A stretch of DNA of 64,000 bases, taken from positions 1 to 64,000 of the forward strand of contig JAMDHS010000045.1 in assembly GCA_029717555.1 (NCBI GenBank). The letters are read 5' to 3'. Origin of the DNA: Peribolospora baueri (lineage: Eukaryota). The notes below the pieces were generated by a model. That model was not told the origin of the DNA. It saw nothing but the letters and a program-made list of their open reading frames with translations, and did no database searches. Made by a program: the position numbers and the translations under genes. This document shows, piece after piece, positions 1-14,693 of the stretch (the first letter of the stretch is position 1; each line of letters starts with the position of its first letter).

Positions 1-529
1 CGAGGGCGAAGTAGGGGAGGTTTGCAGACCTAGACCCTCCTTGCCCGGCAGCGAGCTGCAAGGGCACCTATACCTCGTCACTCCGGAAGGAAGGCTGCAG
101 GCCTACGAATACACACCGAACGACAGTCAGGGCGTCGAGGGGTTCGACGACTTCCTCGATGAGTTCGTGGGCTTCATGCAAGCCTCTCCCGCCGGCCGTG
201 CCTTCTCCCTCGAGCTGAGCAACGACAGGACCGGCAGACTGGTGAGGGAATTTGAGCTGCCCGAGCATCGCTCCACCGGCCTTCTCCCTGTGCGGTTCTT
301 TGAGGACGACGCCCCCCCAACGGTGATAACAAACCGCGTCTTCAGGGGAGGACTTACCACGCACGCCCAGCATTGCCTGTTCATCAAAAAGACTGAACTT
401 CACAAAATCTACTGGACCAAGTGCGACACCGCGATGAAAAGGCGCACGTCGCTCGTTCGTTCAGTACCACTGCACAGTGTCGCTAAGGGGCAGGGCGGGC
501 GGACAGCCATAGGCTGCGTGCAGGAATGA
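1..529 (+). CDS. 3' part of a hypothetical fungal protein (5' end probably outside the window)
   Basis: Open frame ending TGA at 527-529. Coding-like sequence (HLYLVTPEGRLQAYEY...FLDEFVGFM...VREFEL) resembles an uncharacterised fungal family. No ATG start visible. Confidence 0.5.
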   Translation, partial: EGEVGEVCRPRPSLPGSELQGHLYLVTPEGRLQAYEYTPNDSQGVEGFDDFLDEFVGFMQASPAGRAFSLELSNDRTGRLVREFELPEHRSTGLLPVRFFEDDAPPTVITNRVFRGGLTTHAQHCLFIKKTELHKIYWTKCDTAMKRRTSLVRSVPLHSVAKGQGGRTAIGCVQE

Positions 530-1229
530 CCGAACGCACTCCGCACTCCTCGGCACCTTTCTTCCCTCCTTTTGTCACTATCAAACTTTCTCATTCCTTT
601 GTCTTCTCCCCATTGTCCCATTCTGTCACTTGCAGCATAAACGTTGCAAATCTCGCTCGAGAAGGGGCGCTGCATCTTCCCGGACGAGGACACGCAGAAG
701 GGATTTTCAAATACGAACACATAGCTCGATACAAGGAGTGGTGCAGGTGAGGGGGCAGGGCAATGAATGCAGGAGGGAGTGCGGAGGTGGAAAGGTACGT
801 TCGCTGGACATCTGGGTGGCCCTGGCCGAGGGATTCGTGTTTTGAGGCGAGACGGCAACAGCAGTGGCCCCGTAGAAGACCTCGAGAATTCGCTGCAAAG
901 CGGCAGGCTGTACTGCTTGCCTCCATGCTCTCGGTGAGCACTGGCACCATCATAAGCGACGTAGACCACTCTTCGCTTACGCTTGACTTTTCCTGTCGTC
1001 TCTGCCTCCACAGCTTCAGCTTCGGCCACCTCGCCGGCCTCGTGGATCTGCGATCCTTCACAATGTGCCAAGTCGCCGGCACGACAAATACTCTCTTCGT
1101 CCGTCCTCACCCCCTCTCTAGACACCCGAACAGGCGACCAAGCCTGAATAAAGAGTTGAATACCGTTTCTGGGCGAGCACGCCGAATCCGAACGCGAGCC
1201 GATTTCGTAAACCGACCCCTCCATGTGCT

Positions 1230-4200
1230 TCATCCTACATGACTTATCCCTTCGTTCTCCATGTCAACCTTATGCGATCGCTCCGGCGTTATTCTCGCCT
1301 CTCGCGTCATCTTGACCGCCTTATCCTTCAGATTGTCCTGCGAAGCGAGGGACATGTCAGCGCCCGTTCGTCTCTCGCGTGCAGCCGGTCAAAGATGGGA
1401 TCGTGCGATACCGATCGTGGGTAACCCCCTGGCGAGAAAGCTCACCTTGACCCATTGCAGACTGCGAAACGCCGGCACCTGCATGACGCCCTTGTGTTCG
1501 CGGTGAATAGCCCGTCGCCTCTCCCTCCTCGTCTCAGCTTCACAATTACCGTCGCTCTCGTATGCCGACTCGTGCGTCTCGCTCGTCCTGGCACTCCGCA
1601 GACTCTCACGGTCGCTGTTATCGGACGCCTTTTCCCAAGCCGCTCGTTCGGCAGACGGGGGCTCGAGCTCGCCGGGTTGCACCCGACCGATATCAGAGCT
1701 GCTGTCTTTCGTACGGCTGATCGAATCCCAGCTCCGACGGCTTACACCTTCTCCATCAGATTGCGCTCCGCCCGACAGCTCCGCGGGAGCCGCCCGAGAC
1801 GCGGAGGCGACCTTGCGCCTATTTGTACGAAGCCGACGGCGTTCGCCTAGAGAGACGACCGTCTCGTACGTCTCGAATGCGTACCGGAACTCGTTGTCGC
1901 CGACCTTAAGGGTACGAAATATCCGCATGAGCTCATTTGATCATCACCATAAACGCGCGCCACGAGCGGGCAAAGATGAATCAATCCCACTTACAGCAAG
2001 CGATTCATGACGCGGCCCGATGCCGGCGTGGAACGTCAGGTCGATTTCCAGCTGGCCAATGACCTTCGATGGATTATGTGATTCTCCAAGCTGGGCGTCG
2101 CATATCCCCGTCAGGACAGGATCTTCGCGATCGTGTGATCCTCGGGACATGGCGCTCTCTTTTGACTTGGAGTCAGCGTCCAGCATGTTTAGGCAGTCCT
2201 GCTCGAAGTGTGACCAGTCCATCCACTCAAACACGGGAAGTCGCAGGACGGTCCTCTCCCCGTCGCAGACGCGGTTAAGGAAGACGATCGTCTGTCCACA
2301 CGTATGATGTCGACCAGCCATTCGCGAACTGCCGCGTACGGTGATTTGCAAGGCTGACGGGTATCGTTGTCGAACTGGTATCTGTGTCGTGACTTGCGGG
2401 AACCATGAGTAGGACGCGCCCGCGTCTGTGCTCTCTTGCTCTGCGTCCGTGGACGCGAACGAAGCGGTGCCGCCAACCGTTTCCAAGAACAGGCCGATGG
2501 GCCTTGAAGTGATCGACTCTGGCAAGCCGACGACGCGAACGCTTGCGATCTCCAAAGTACCCACGTTCCATCCTCGGAGCGGCCGAGGGACCGAAGCTTC
2601 GATGCTCCGCCAGGTGAAAGAAACGAGAATCCGTCCATACCCTGGCGTAAAAACGCAAAAAAAAAAAGAAGTCTGAAAAATCGCTAGAACTGGAGGCAGC
2701 CGTCCGGAGCACATCTCCCCTCACCTAAGCCACCTGTGAGCGGGAAATATCTTGTCACAGAACCAGACTCCTGGAAAAGATCGGCGAGTCTCAAAGAAAC
2801 CACACCGAGTATAGGATCGCCCTCCCTCATGCGCGCGTCACGGCAGACGATGTCGACCTGGGACGTCGTCTAAGGGCCACAAAGATTAGAATAACTCAAA
2901 CCCTCGAGAGGCAGCCAAAGACGCTCGGTTGAGCACTTACCCAATCCCCTACGAAGCGTTCGCTTCCGGCATTGATAAACGGTCGGGGATTGAGCTTCTT
3001 CATCCTGGTTCTGAAGACCACTACAAAACGAGAATGAGGACAAGAAAACGGGAGATAAGCTTTCAACCTTGGTAGAGAAAACGAAGCAGACGCTCACCTT
3101 CGTCGTTCAAGATCACATGACAATATGAACTCGGGAGCTTCTGCACCCCCTCGGCGGTTCCCTCCTCATGCGTGGAGGCAACATTGGGCTTTCCGCCTTT
3201 CATCTTCGCCGCCTGTTTTAAAGACGGACGACCGCCGTCACGCAACTCGAGACCATCGATCTGGCGGATGAGGAAGGACAGGATGCCGCTCGGCATGTCC
3301 GCCCGTGGAAGCTCAGAGACGGCATCTGAGGTGTCGCCCATCCTTTTCATTAGCTCGGCGATCCGCTTCTTGCGCTCGCACTCGCGTTGGTCGACGATTT
3401 CGTCGCGGAGACCAGGAATACGCCAGGTGCGGATGAGCCGATCGAGTGTGGTCTCTCGTCGCTCTGCGGGATAACCCTCTGATGGCCGCTTGTTTGGATC
3501 ATCGGCGCTTGCTTCTTCCCTACTTTTCTCGCCTTTCCTGCGCGGGCCTTCTTCGTCCTCCGCCCGCGCCTGGGAATCGTTCCTAGATGGTGCCGGTTCT
3601 CCGGTCAGTCGCCCGGAGAGCGGGAAATAGCCCACGCTGTAGAGAAGGGTACCCTTCGTCTTACCCCCCCTCCGTATCGGACGCAAAGCATCTTCCCGCC
3701 GATCGAGAAATGGAACCGACCCGGCTATTTGCATGGCGTGAGCCCGGTTGAGCATGGGTACGAGATCAAGTTCGATTTTACCCAGGCTGATTGTAACCAA
3801 TAGTGGTCGAAGATTTCAGCAGTGAACGCCATGTACAGCCGCTAGCAAGCAAAGGTCAATGAGAACAAGTGTATGACTCACGCGTCGTCCGCGGAGAACC
3901 GATCGGCATCCAAGAGAGTTAATCTCAGCTTTTCCTTGTTCCTAATCTCGTCCGGTGAAACTTTAATGAAAGCTGTCTCCTGCCAGATAGGGTTGAGCGA
4001 CTTCCTGATGATCCTCGTAAAGAACTGCGGCTTGCCAGACCGAGCAAACGAGACGCTGACGAACGGGTCCGAATATCCGCTCATGTCGGCGGCGGGAAGG
4101 CCAAATGCGCGATGAAGGACAAGGCACACGACGCCGGTCGAGTAGGTGTCCACAGCCCCACTACCTAAGATTAGGCGCGCAAGGTCGATCGTGTAGGACT

Positions 4201-6318
4201 TGGGGGCGACGAAACCTTCAAGGACCCTATCCACGGAGCGGAGGATGCTTTGTAGCGTTTTGAAGATTGCAAATGCGTCAAATTCCGTCCGTCGTCACCG
4301 TGTGAGTCACACAAGTAAGAGGCGCAGTGCTCACTACGAAGAGAGCATGGGCAAGTCCATCACGTCAAGGATCATAGACTTGCCCAATGGCTTTGCGCTG
4401 ATCTCAAGCTAACCAATGACGCGGGGGAAGTGGTTCAACACCGTGACTCTCGCGGCACTCGAGTGAAGAGAGACGTGCTCGCGGCTCACCTTTGGATAGC
4501 CGACAAAAGTGAAAGCAACATGCTTTACGAACGGGGCAACGGGGACGAGCTGCAATCTCAATCGGATCTATGTTGTCGAGCCCGAAATTATACCTGCGTT
4601 AGATACCTGAGCAATGGAAAAAGACTTCTCTCCGCAGGACAGAACCGTTTTCAGGCGCCTCGACCTGGGCTGTTATCACTCACAGTGCCTTTGATACCAA
4701 CGACTTCCACCCACACGGCTGTGTGTGAAAGGAGAAGGGACAATACCGTTTCAGAGAGCGCACAGCACTGGGGCCGGCCCATGGCTGAATTCCAATCGGC
4801 ACAACACGCCAACACTCACGCAAGTCTACAGCCAAAATCTTCTGTACCCCGAGGCTGAGGTAGAGCAGCATATGCGCCTGCGTTAGGCGGTTAAGGTCTT
4901 CGGGGTTCTGCTGAGCGGCCGTGGCAGGAGGCTGGAGCTGGGACTGCCAGAGACCCCGCCGGTGTTGGGGTTCTCCACGATATATGAAGTCCACCTCGAG
5001 ATTCTGAAATTGGTATGATAGGCCACGGAAATACGGAAATAGGAAAGCGCGAGGACGGATCATGAAAAGAAGGCAGCAATGAGTGTCGTCACCTTGGATG
5101 GAATGGTTGTGCCTACTCACGACGTAGTCACCGGTGTCAACGTCAATTTCATCGCCGACGGGAATTTTCGATTCGTCTTCATCCTTCATCAACGTAAAGT
5201 CTGCTGTCGACTTCTCCCCTTCCTGCTCAACCGTGCTTCCTGGCCGGTCGTTCTCAGGTGTAGGGGAGGACGAGGCAGCGGAGGCAGAGTTGTTGTGTTT
5301 AAACCACCCCCCGGCTTTCTTCGCGATGGCGTTTAGAAAGTCTTGAGGTCCGTTCGGCAAGACGCGGAAACCAGTGACGCGGAGGGGATTGGTGCCCTGA
5401 TCCAGATCCTCTATTCGCACGCTATGCACGATCGAGGGCATCTGCTTCTGGAGCGCGTCCTCGAGGAGGTCCACGAACGGGGTGAAATAGTCCGGGTTGA
5501 TTAAGGGCCACATGGAGTAGAGGAGGGAGTTGACCCACTCGGCGGTCTCGGACAGGGAGCTGTCTGCGACCTAAGGTGTTCGAAGACGACAGAAGAGCGG
5601 GACGAGGAAATAGACAAGTCGCGTTCGAGTTTGTCCATCGGATTCGACTACAACCTGCTTAAAGTCGTCACAAAACACTCACCTGCGCCTCCACCCTCAC
5701 TCTCTCCGCCCTCTCCGTCCAATCCTGACTGAGCTTGTTCAACTTGGTCCAAAGCACGCTAGCGTTCAGCGCAACGAAAATGACGCTAAGCCAAGGCGAG
5801 ACACCGCGCAGGGCGATGAGGACAACAGAGGTAGAAACGAGAAAGGCAATGCAAAGCGTAATGTGCTGGGTGAAAGGATGCTGACTGTGAAGGTCCGCCA
5901 CATCCTTCCCCTCAGAGGCGCCTGTGCTCGTGAGAGGGGCAGAAAAGCCGGTGTCCTGAGGCGGCGTGAGACTGGAATCGGCGCGTTGTTGGGCAGAGGC
6001 CACGGGTGTGACCATGGAGTCTTCATCTTCGCCCTCGTCGGCCGTGTTGGAGTGGACAGCCTGTTCTCCCCGCGTCAGCCGGACAGGGGGAGGACGCACC
6101 TGGCTCTTAAGCGAGTCCTTCAGGCTGCCACCGCGCCCAGCCTGTTCTTCTTGTGGGCCCAAAGGAATCTCCCCTCTGTCTAAGTCTTTCTCTCGGCTAC
6201 CACTGTCGGCGGCGGTGTCGCGGCTACCGACGACAGTGGTATCATTTTGCGATGACGTAGAGCCGCGGTCCGCCTGCCGATACGTTGCGGTCGGGGTGAA
6301 GTCGTGGGCGACGACCAT
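1230..6318 (-). CDS. mug190: Mug190-like SMP-domain/C2-domain membrane contact protein, multi-exon
   Basis: N-terminal TM hairpin. SMP start AEWVNSLLYSMWPLINPDYF...RIEDLDQG; IRLRLQLVPVAPFVK; C2 domain LHRAFGLPAADMSGYSDPFV...KSLNPIWQE. C-terminal HREHKGVMQ motif typical of this family. Last exon DNLKDK...SHVG* with stop at 1230-1232; ATG at 6318. Confidence 0.85.
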
Positions 6319-6660
6319 GAGCTTTGCAAGGGGGCGGGAAAAGGCCACCAAGCGTTCGGGACAAGAGGCGGGGGCAGAGGATGGTGGGAGAAGGCATCGT
6401 CGTCCAGCAGGCTGGGCGAGGAAGGGCTGTAGGCATCGTGTTTCACACGTCATTCCCCCACACGTCCCGCGAATGCCTAACAGCTGCCGGGAGCGGCTTC
6501 AAAACACTCCGTAAGCAAGAATTTCAAAATGCAACCGTATCTTCCATATTTGGTCGCAGCCGCAGCCGCATCCATCTCTGCTAATATTTGCCTCCCTGGC
6601 TAACACGTGCATGTTCGACGGACAAACATTCTTAGATAAGATACACGTGCAAGGACGGCC

Positions 6661-9600
6661 TCAAGACCGGCCCGCGTATCGCTGCTTCTCAAACTCCCTC
6701 CAGAGCATCTTGAACAAGACCTTGCCGCCGGCGTCCAGCAAGGCCACCATGGCAGCGTCACGCTCATGCTCGCCCATCATCTCGCAGAGAGCGTATAAGC
6801 CCGATTCGAGCTCCTTGCGCACGGGAGGCGGGACGGAGATGAGAGGTTGGGTGAGGTGGCGGATGTACGCCACCATCACGTACGCTGCGTGCTTCGAGAA
6901 CGGCTTGACCAACGACTGCGCTTTCGCCTTGCCAGACCCTGACCAGCCGGCTAGCTGCGGCAGCGGAGTCGTCTTGGCGGTCAGGGTCGTGAGCAGACGG
7001 GCGCACGCCCGCGCCTCGACCACGCCAAGGGGCCGCTCAGCGGCGAGCCAGCCGGGCAAGCGATCGACGACGGCCCTGGTCTGTTTGGCGCCCAAGCTGG
7101 GCCGAACGGATCCCAAGAGAGTGACTGCTCTGCTAAGCAGAGACACGAGGTGGGGCAGCATCTCCATGACGAGGTCTCGTCGAAGGCGGACGAGGCTGGT
7201 GGCGATGCTGACCACGGCCAGGTAAATCGCCGAGGCTCGCTTGCCGTCGTCATGCTCGTGCGCCCGCCTTGCTTCGAGACAGCCGGTCAGAATCTGCCAG
7301 ACGAGGTCGACGTCGACGTGGCGGAGGAGGATGGCCTTCTCAGAGCACACAGCCTGCAACATGGTCACCATCTCCAATTGCAAGGCCGTGCACGCTCCGT
7401 CGAGCAGAGAGAGGCGATTGAGAAACACGGGCAGGGTCGCGCGAATCGTGCTCGCTGTGCCTGTCAACGATGGGCACAAAATACGAGAGTGAGGAAGTGG
7501 CCGAGCCGACGCGGGCGACCCAGCCAAAGCAAAGAGTCGCTCACCCTCGGGTGTATCGCAGTACAGCACACGCGCTATTCGAACGAGCACCAGACGAGCC
7601 GACGGTTCGGCCATGGTCGTCAAGGCGTCAATCACCTGGTTGAGTAAGTGAGCGTGGACGGCCGACGTCGCTGTCTTACTGGCTTGTGACAGGACCTCGA
7701 GCAGAGGCGGCCATGAGGTAGGTGCTTTCACAAAAAAGGAGGAGAGATGAGCGCGTTATAACGCCGAGGAGACTGAACAATACAGAACTCACCATCATCC
7801 TTTGTTGCCAGCAAGAAAGCGATGCTCGTTGCTAGGAACGCCGAGGCCGGCTCGAAGGTGTCTGAGCCTTGTGTGACGAGGGACAACATGGCGAGGAGAG
7901 ATCGAGCAAATTGCACCGCCTCCTTGACATCACCACGTACGTTCTTTGGCATTCGTTGCAAAGCCGCAAGGGTCGGTGCGACTAGTCTCGTAGCTTGGTG
8001 CATCAAGTCGTCTGGCAAGAGGCACTCGGACGGGTGTGAGACGCACGTGGACGCTGTTGACCAGCATCGAAAGCGTCAATGAAGCTGGCTCACCTGCACA
8101 GATCACTACATTTTCTTGACTGTTCAACCATCGGTCCGCTCTTGCGAGAGGGAGAACAGCTTCGAGGACTTCCCCAGTCCCGAGCAAGACGCTGGCATGC
8201 TCAGACATTGTCTCATGGATCCTGCTGAGAGCGTGTTTGACAACGGCCCGAGCATCTGCCACTAGGGGGCGAAGCACAGACGAGAGCTCCTTCCTGAAAC
8301 GCGAATGCATCGAAAATCATAGGGGTGAGCAATAGATCTTCCCGAGCGACAGCAAGCAGAACAGGTCTGGCGAACACACCTAGCTTCCAAGCGCACGCTC
8401 TCTTGGCAGATCTCGAGCACGAGCAAGAATGCTCTGTCTCGCAAGCTTAATCGAAGGCGGCGAACGATGTCTTTCTGAGCCGAGTGCAGAGTCGCTTCGA
8501 CGTCTTTTGCCAATGCCTGCAGCGGACGCCCTTCGCTCGATGCGAACTGCTGGATCAGGCTGGGTATGAGGGAGGGAATTTCGCGGCTTCTGGCAAAAGA
8601 CCTGTACGAGAGCGAGAACCGTAGACGTCGAGACATGTGTGAGCTATGAACCGAACAAACGCTCGCTGCCCGAGGACATGGAGACGTCAAATCCACCGGG
8701 GAAAGGCGTCTGACCTGTTCGTGTCCAGACAGGACACAAACAGCTGCAACGTGTCCGCACGTAGCTCGCTGGCATCCTCCTCCTTCGCCTGATTTATTGC
8801 AGATTTAGCCTGGTCGCCGTCCAGCATGCCGAAGAGTAATGCCCAGTTCGATGTCTGCTCCAAAGGAAGTACGAAGACGTCCACAAAAGACGATGAGAGA
8901 CAATGGAGACCTCGGCGCTGCTTGTAGGTGATACAGCCAAAGCCGACGTCACAGACGCGCAAGAACTTACGAAGTACTCCATGACACCGCTCCCCTCCAT
9001 CATCCTCAACGCAAACCTCCTCAACACCACCAACGCCGACCCTGACCGGGGATATCTCATCTGGCCCTGTGCGACTCCGTCCGCGCTCCCGACCCCCAGG
9101 CTCGAGCCTCGTCGCAGCGCGACATCTAGCCAGACGGCGCGCTTCGCTAGTACGAGAGGTGTGGAACGGTCGCGGGTGATGTATTGTGCCGGGAAACGGG
9201 CGAGGCAAGCGAATGCTTGGGTCGCGGACGCAATGGAGTCATCGGTGAGGGATTTGCATTCCATTGCGCCCTTCTTTTTCGACGAGTCGGAGACGGATCC
9301 CTCGGCGAACGCCTCCAGCTCGTCCAAAGAGGCGGTCTGCTCCAATACAAGGTCGAGAAGGGCCTCTGTGGAGCAGAAAGCAAGTAAGGTGTCAGCGAAA
9401 TCACAAAAAAATTCAAACTAGGCGCCGTGCCGGCAAGGGGATGGGTCTGTCCGCACCTCTTAACCTCCTCAGCTCGTAAAAGTTAGCATCTCGTCCGATG
9501 TAAATAGCAACTGTGGCGGGTGTGATCGGGCGCGATTCCGGGTGGAGGTTCGAAGACGCCACGGACATGGGCATGGAGAGAACGGTGCTGGATATGGTAC

Positions 9601-12600
9601 GGAGCTGTGTCGGCTCTGCGATATGACTGAGGCGAACAGTCGATCAGAAAGACACCGTCAGCAAGCGAAGACCGGTCAAATAGCACGCTTGTAGATGGCC
9701 GGAGCACGGGTGAGAGAATGAAGAGAGAAGACTCACTCGAAAACAAACCACCACCTGGTCGCAACCTCATACCACAAAGCAAGGGTTAGGTTATCCTTCC
9801 GCAAGTCGACGAGTCTGCCGCTCCACGAACTGGTAGGGGCCGGCGTATCGAGATTCTTCATGATGTCAGACAGAATCATGCTAGCCATCTTTGGCGGACT
9901 TCCGGTAAATATGCGCTCAAGTTCAATGTGCTGGAGCAAGGCGCGGGTCTGACGGATGCGGGTAGTCATGTGGAAGAGCGTGTGTGAACAAATAGACCAA
10001 GAAGAGAGCACGGAGGTGGGTCATCAGCGCTCACCACCTCAAAGACCACCTCGCTGTCATCCCATTCCTTATGGGAGCCAGCGTGCGAAATGACGTCCCG
10101 CAGCGAGTCGAGTGCGGACCCCACGAACGTCTGCATCCAATTCGCCTTCAGAACGCCGCTCGAGACGGCATCCTCCTCCTCAGCTTGTCGTTGTGGCGCG
10201 GTCACGCCGGGCGCGTACTCAGCGACCCCCAAACCTCGACTGGCTATCGCATACTGGACTCGTAAAGCCTGCGACGCAACGTGGCGGATCGCCTTCGAGA
10301 GTGAAGACCGGTCGCTATCGTCGACCTGCGTGATCTTCACAAGAGGTCGTAGGTGCGGTAGCTTGACCGAGAAGAAACCGTCAGGAGAAATCTCGCTATC
10401 CAAAGCGCAGAGATCTTTGAAGCAAATGGAATGGGCGACTTGATTGATGTCATCCCTGAGAGGCGTACGTATGGGTATGCTCAGAAAGAGGATCTCGAGC
10501 AGAGCCCAGCGGGCAAATAGGTCCGTCCACATCGGAGGGCCGTCTGGAGAATCGGTTTTCAGGCTGTCGATCTGGCCGTTCTGCTTGAGTCGCTTCCTCG
10601 GCCTCGATTCTCCATCTAGTGTCGGCTCCCAGAGCTTCCCCGCCGCTTCTCGCGCGCCTTCGAGAAGAGGTAATACCTGCATGGGCGTCAAAAAGTCCCT
10701 AAACAGCCTCCTCAGGCATGAGGTGAACTCATTGGACAAGAGAACACCTCTCCGGATGTCTTCGATGGTGTTGGTGGGGTCACGCAGGGCCACACAAAGG
10801 GACATGGAGAGGAGCGCATAGAACGAGGGGAGGTCACGCATTTGGGCGAAGTATGTGGAAAGGGAGGTGAGAAAACGGTGGGCGGAGGGCGTGGCAGGCT
10901 GGGAAAGCTTTCATGCCAGTGGAAATGTGGGATGAGGGTCAGCGGGAGGGGACGACATGTCGTGTACCAGTAGTGGGAAGGGATTAAATCAGGGACGCTT
11001 GCCAGAGTGACAAGACTCACAGGCAAAGAGGAAAGGCGGACTAGGATTCTAGGTCCCAGAGCTTCAATGACGGTTTCGTGATGTAGGGAGAGCAGCACAT
11101 CGAGACATGTGATGCAATGGGCGGCCAAGGCTCCTGGCAGGAGGACGTCGACGAAGGAACAAAAAAGCAACATTTCAGCCTAAACATTGGCCTTGCACAG
11201 GAAGACATCCCTTTGAAACGGGAGCAAGATAGACTCATAGGCTCACCCTGTTCCTTATCGTCGCTCTCCATTTCTTCCACGCATCGCACAGCAACCTTAC
11301 GCAAACTATCCTTCCACTCCTGTTCATCTCTTCCCGTCGATCCTAGGGCGAAGACCTTCTCCTCCTCCACGACCTCCACCATCTTCTTCCTCGCTTCTGC
11401 ATTGCACATTTTCATCACTGCATCCGAGTGGTGGTCACGGAGAAACAGCTCTGAAGAAGAGGCGAAGAAGCGATGCACCTGAAGGCGCAGATCAGCTGCA
11501 GGATCTGATCTGTGGCCTGCACTGGAAGCAGCGGAAGTGGAGAAGAGGGCAGCGCGGTGGCGGCGGAGCGAGGAGATGTGCAACTTGAACAGGAGGGGAA
11601 GGCAGTGCAAAACTAAAGATAAAGAGCCAGAACAGAACGTTGAGCACGTTCATATCGCACCAGGGGCAGACAGCACCGTCGCACTGCGAAGCGACTCACC
11701 GCTCTTCCCTGAGGCTTCGTCGTCGCATGCGAGTTTGTCGAAGAGAGCAGCTAGTAGCTCATCCTGGTCCTCTTCGCCGCGCCTGACAAACTGCGTCACG
11801 ATCTCGAAGCTAAAGAGACATTCATTGCCGACCTCAATCACCCTCTGTCGTAGTCGTACGAGGTGCTCGGGAACAGGTGCGCCTCTTTGCGACGTGTTAA
11901 CCAGAGAATCGAGCTTGAGGACGGAGGAGAGCCATGCGGCTAGGCCTGACTCGAGGAAATGTCGATGGCGCTGAAACAAGGGAAGCAGGAGACGACACGC
12001 ATCTTGCGCATTCAAACGACCGCGTCTGTTGACAGGAAAAAAGAAAGCGCCCGGCTCACCTTCTTCTCCGCTCCCGCGGCACCCTGCCCTTTCCTGACGG
12101 CCTCCAGCCACGTCTCAAACCAATCGCCTAGCATCTTCGACCATAACTCTTCGACCACCGCCTCCATACATTTCGTCCCTCGCTCCACCTCCTCGCCCGC
12201 GAAGGGAAGCCGACTCAAGCATTGCAGAGCCGCGCAGAGAGAGTCATTGAGAATGTCCGACGAGGGGACTTTCGGAGTAGCTAAGGGAAGAAGGATCTTG
12301 AAAGACAAAGAAGCGGTGGAGAGAAGGGCGGCGGAGGAGGGTTGAGAGGAGAGAAAGCGATTGAAGATGGGCAAGATTGGAGATTTGGACAGCAGGGTGG
12401 AAAGGCTGGCAGCGGCAACAACGCTGGTGAAGGAGGTAGAAGGCATTTCGGCGGTGAAGGATTGGGGATCCGAATTCGTTGCTGAGACGCCTGCGCGCTG
12501 GAGGATGGAGGTCATGAGGCTCCAGTATCGGACGTCCAAGAGGGGATCGCTGCAAGTTCATGCATGGCGTGGCCGACGCGGCGTCAGCCGGTCGTCCTTC

Positions 12601-12901
12601 GAGCTCGTTCCTCTTTGCCAAGCCTGAAGCGCACACGCTCAACTCACTGCCTACTGCTCTCCTTCTCCTTCCCTCCGTCCAGCTTATCCTTCTCTCCCTT
12701 TCCGGCCGCCTTCGCGACATGCTCCAAGCACCACTCGAGCAGCAGCTCGGATTTGCGCGGAACGAACAACCGCTCGTTCTCCCATGCGAGCGTCGCGAGG
12801 TCGACCTTGGAGGGACCAGAATGTGAGGGGGGATCATGTGGGGCTTTGAGGGCCTTGACGAGCGTCTCTGATGTCAGCGACGGTGGTTGAAGCGTCGTCA
12901 T
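6661..12901 (-). CDS. URB2: Urb2/Npa2 nucleolar pre-ribosomal-associated protein, multi-exon
   Basis: C-terminal Urb2 motif SKHAAYVMVAYI...LESGLYALCEMMGEHER...LDAGGKVLFKMLWREFEKQRY. N-terminus SETLVKALK...KVDLATLAW...FVPRKSELLLEW. Long helical exons separated by canonical introns. Confidence 0.9.
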
Positions 12902-13206
12902 GGCTGGCTGCTGTAGACAAACCGAGGCAAGGAGCTCGGGCCCCCTCCCTCTTGCACTCGTCCAAAATTATTACTGCGGCAATCGCCGGTTCGCGGCGGC
13001 CCGGCGAGGCGCTGGGCGCGGGAATGCGGAAACTATGATGATGCAAGGCGCGTAGGGGGACACCCTGCTTTTCTGGTTGCACCCCTTTCTCTCCTTCTTC
13101 CCTTCTTCCATCTCGCTGTCTCTTTTCCTTTCATTCGCCTCTGATCCTCTCGTCAGTCTCTCGCTCCTTCTCTCTTCTCTCTTTTTCACCCACCGACCTA
13201 TCCGTT

Positions 13207-14693
13207 ATGGCTGCCGCTACCTCTCGCGCTCTCTTCTTGGCCGCCGCCGCCGCCTCCTTCGCTGGCACCGCGTTGGCGCAGGCCACCGGTCTTGAAATTG
13301 TGCGTGCGCTTTCCAGATGAACTTGTCCTTGCTCTACCTGATCGTAGCTCTACATGTTCACTTCCTTTGTTTGCTGGACGCATACAGGCTCAGGTCAAAG
13401 CCCAGTTTGCAAACGCTGGTCTGATCAACGGCACCGGCCCCAGCACGCAGTTCGACGGCCCCATCGATCCGAGCTGGTTCAACCCGGTCGCGACGCTGAC
13501 GGTCCAATACCCCACCGGCACGGTCGCCCTCGGTAACAACTTCTCGTACCACGGTAAGTTTCTTCCATGAGCCGCTTTCTCTCCCTCATGTCCTTTATCC
13601 TTCTCGCTCTCGCCGTTCTGACGCGTCACCCCGACGCGTTCTTGCCTTTGTTTGCATCACAGACGTCGCCGCTATGCCCACCTTCGCCGTCGTTCCCGGC
13701 CCCAATGCTGGGCAAACCTTCTCTTCGTCTGCACAGTTCACGCTGATGTACCTGGATGCCAATGTAAAGCTCGCCTTCGCGTTTCATTTATGGCGTTTGA
13801 CATACTGACAAAGGTCTTTCTTGTGCTACAGGTCGTTGGTATCGACACTCAGGGTCTGGTGTACCGCCACTATCTCGCCAACGGCTTGAACATCCAGCCC
13901 GCCGCCGCCAAGAGCTCGGCCCAGACCATCACCAACAACAGCGCCCCAATCACCCCGTACGCAGGGCCCCTCCCCGCGGCTGGCAGCGGTCCTCACAGGT
14001 GAGCCTAACCTAGCCGACGGAAGTAGGGGTTGGGGGCTGCGTCGCACATGATCATCTCGATGCGAGTGCTCATGGGAACTTTACTTCGTTTTCGTATTCC
14101 AGGTACATCCAGCTCCTCTTCGCCCAGCCCTCCTCTTTCAAAACCCCGGCGGATCTCTCTCAGCCTGGCTCGCAGACGGGTAACATGTCCCTCTCGGACT
14201 ACGTCTCCCAGTCCGGCCTTACCACCATTGTGGCTGCTAACTAGTGAGCTCTGTAATCTGAGCTTGGGCCTCTTTAAGTCCGCTTCCACTCGTTCGCAGC
14301 GAGCGAGCTGGATGTTCGTTGACGCTTCTACCATTCTGTTCTGTCTTTCTCCTCGCGCCTCTTAGCCTGACCGTCGAGAACAGTGAGTGATGAGCACTTA
14401 TCAACCGTTATCTACGGTTAACACGAAGGACTGACAGACTCACCTATCCATTCCCTCTTCCCTCATCCCCAATAGCTGACGGCAATGCACCCCTGACCGT
14501 GACCCCCGTTCCCACGAGCGCTGTCAACCCGGCGACGCTGCAGACGTCCATCGCTGCGAGCGCCACCAAGAGCGGTGGTAGCCCCGCTACCTCGACGGGC
14601 AGTGTCTTCGGGGGCGCTGCCTCGCTCTCCCCCGCCAAGGCCGGAACCTTTGCTGCGGGTGTCGCCCTGGCTGGCATCGCTGCCCTGCTTTGA
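13207..14693 (+). CDS. Secreted, probably GPI-anchored PEBP (phosphatidylethanolamine-binding)-like protein
   Basis: Spliced product has a signal peptide (MAAATSRALFLAAAAASFAGTALAQ), PEBP motifs FTLMYLDAN, YRHYL and YAGPLPAAGSGPHRYIQLLFAQP, a Ser/Thr-rich stalk and a hydrophobic tail (GTFAAGVALAGIAALL*). Includes a 17-nt exon at 14366-14382. Confidence 0.85.

Noticed and set aside
530..1229. Overlapping ORFs of 160-270 aa
   Set aside because: No recognisable domain; likely UTR or intergenic sequence in GC-rich DNA.
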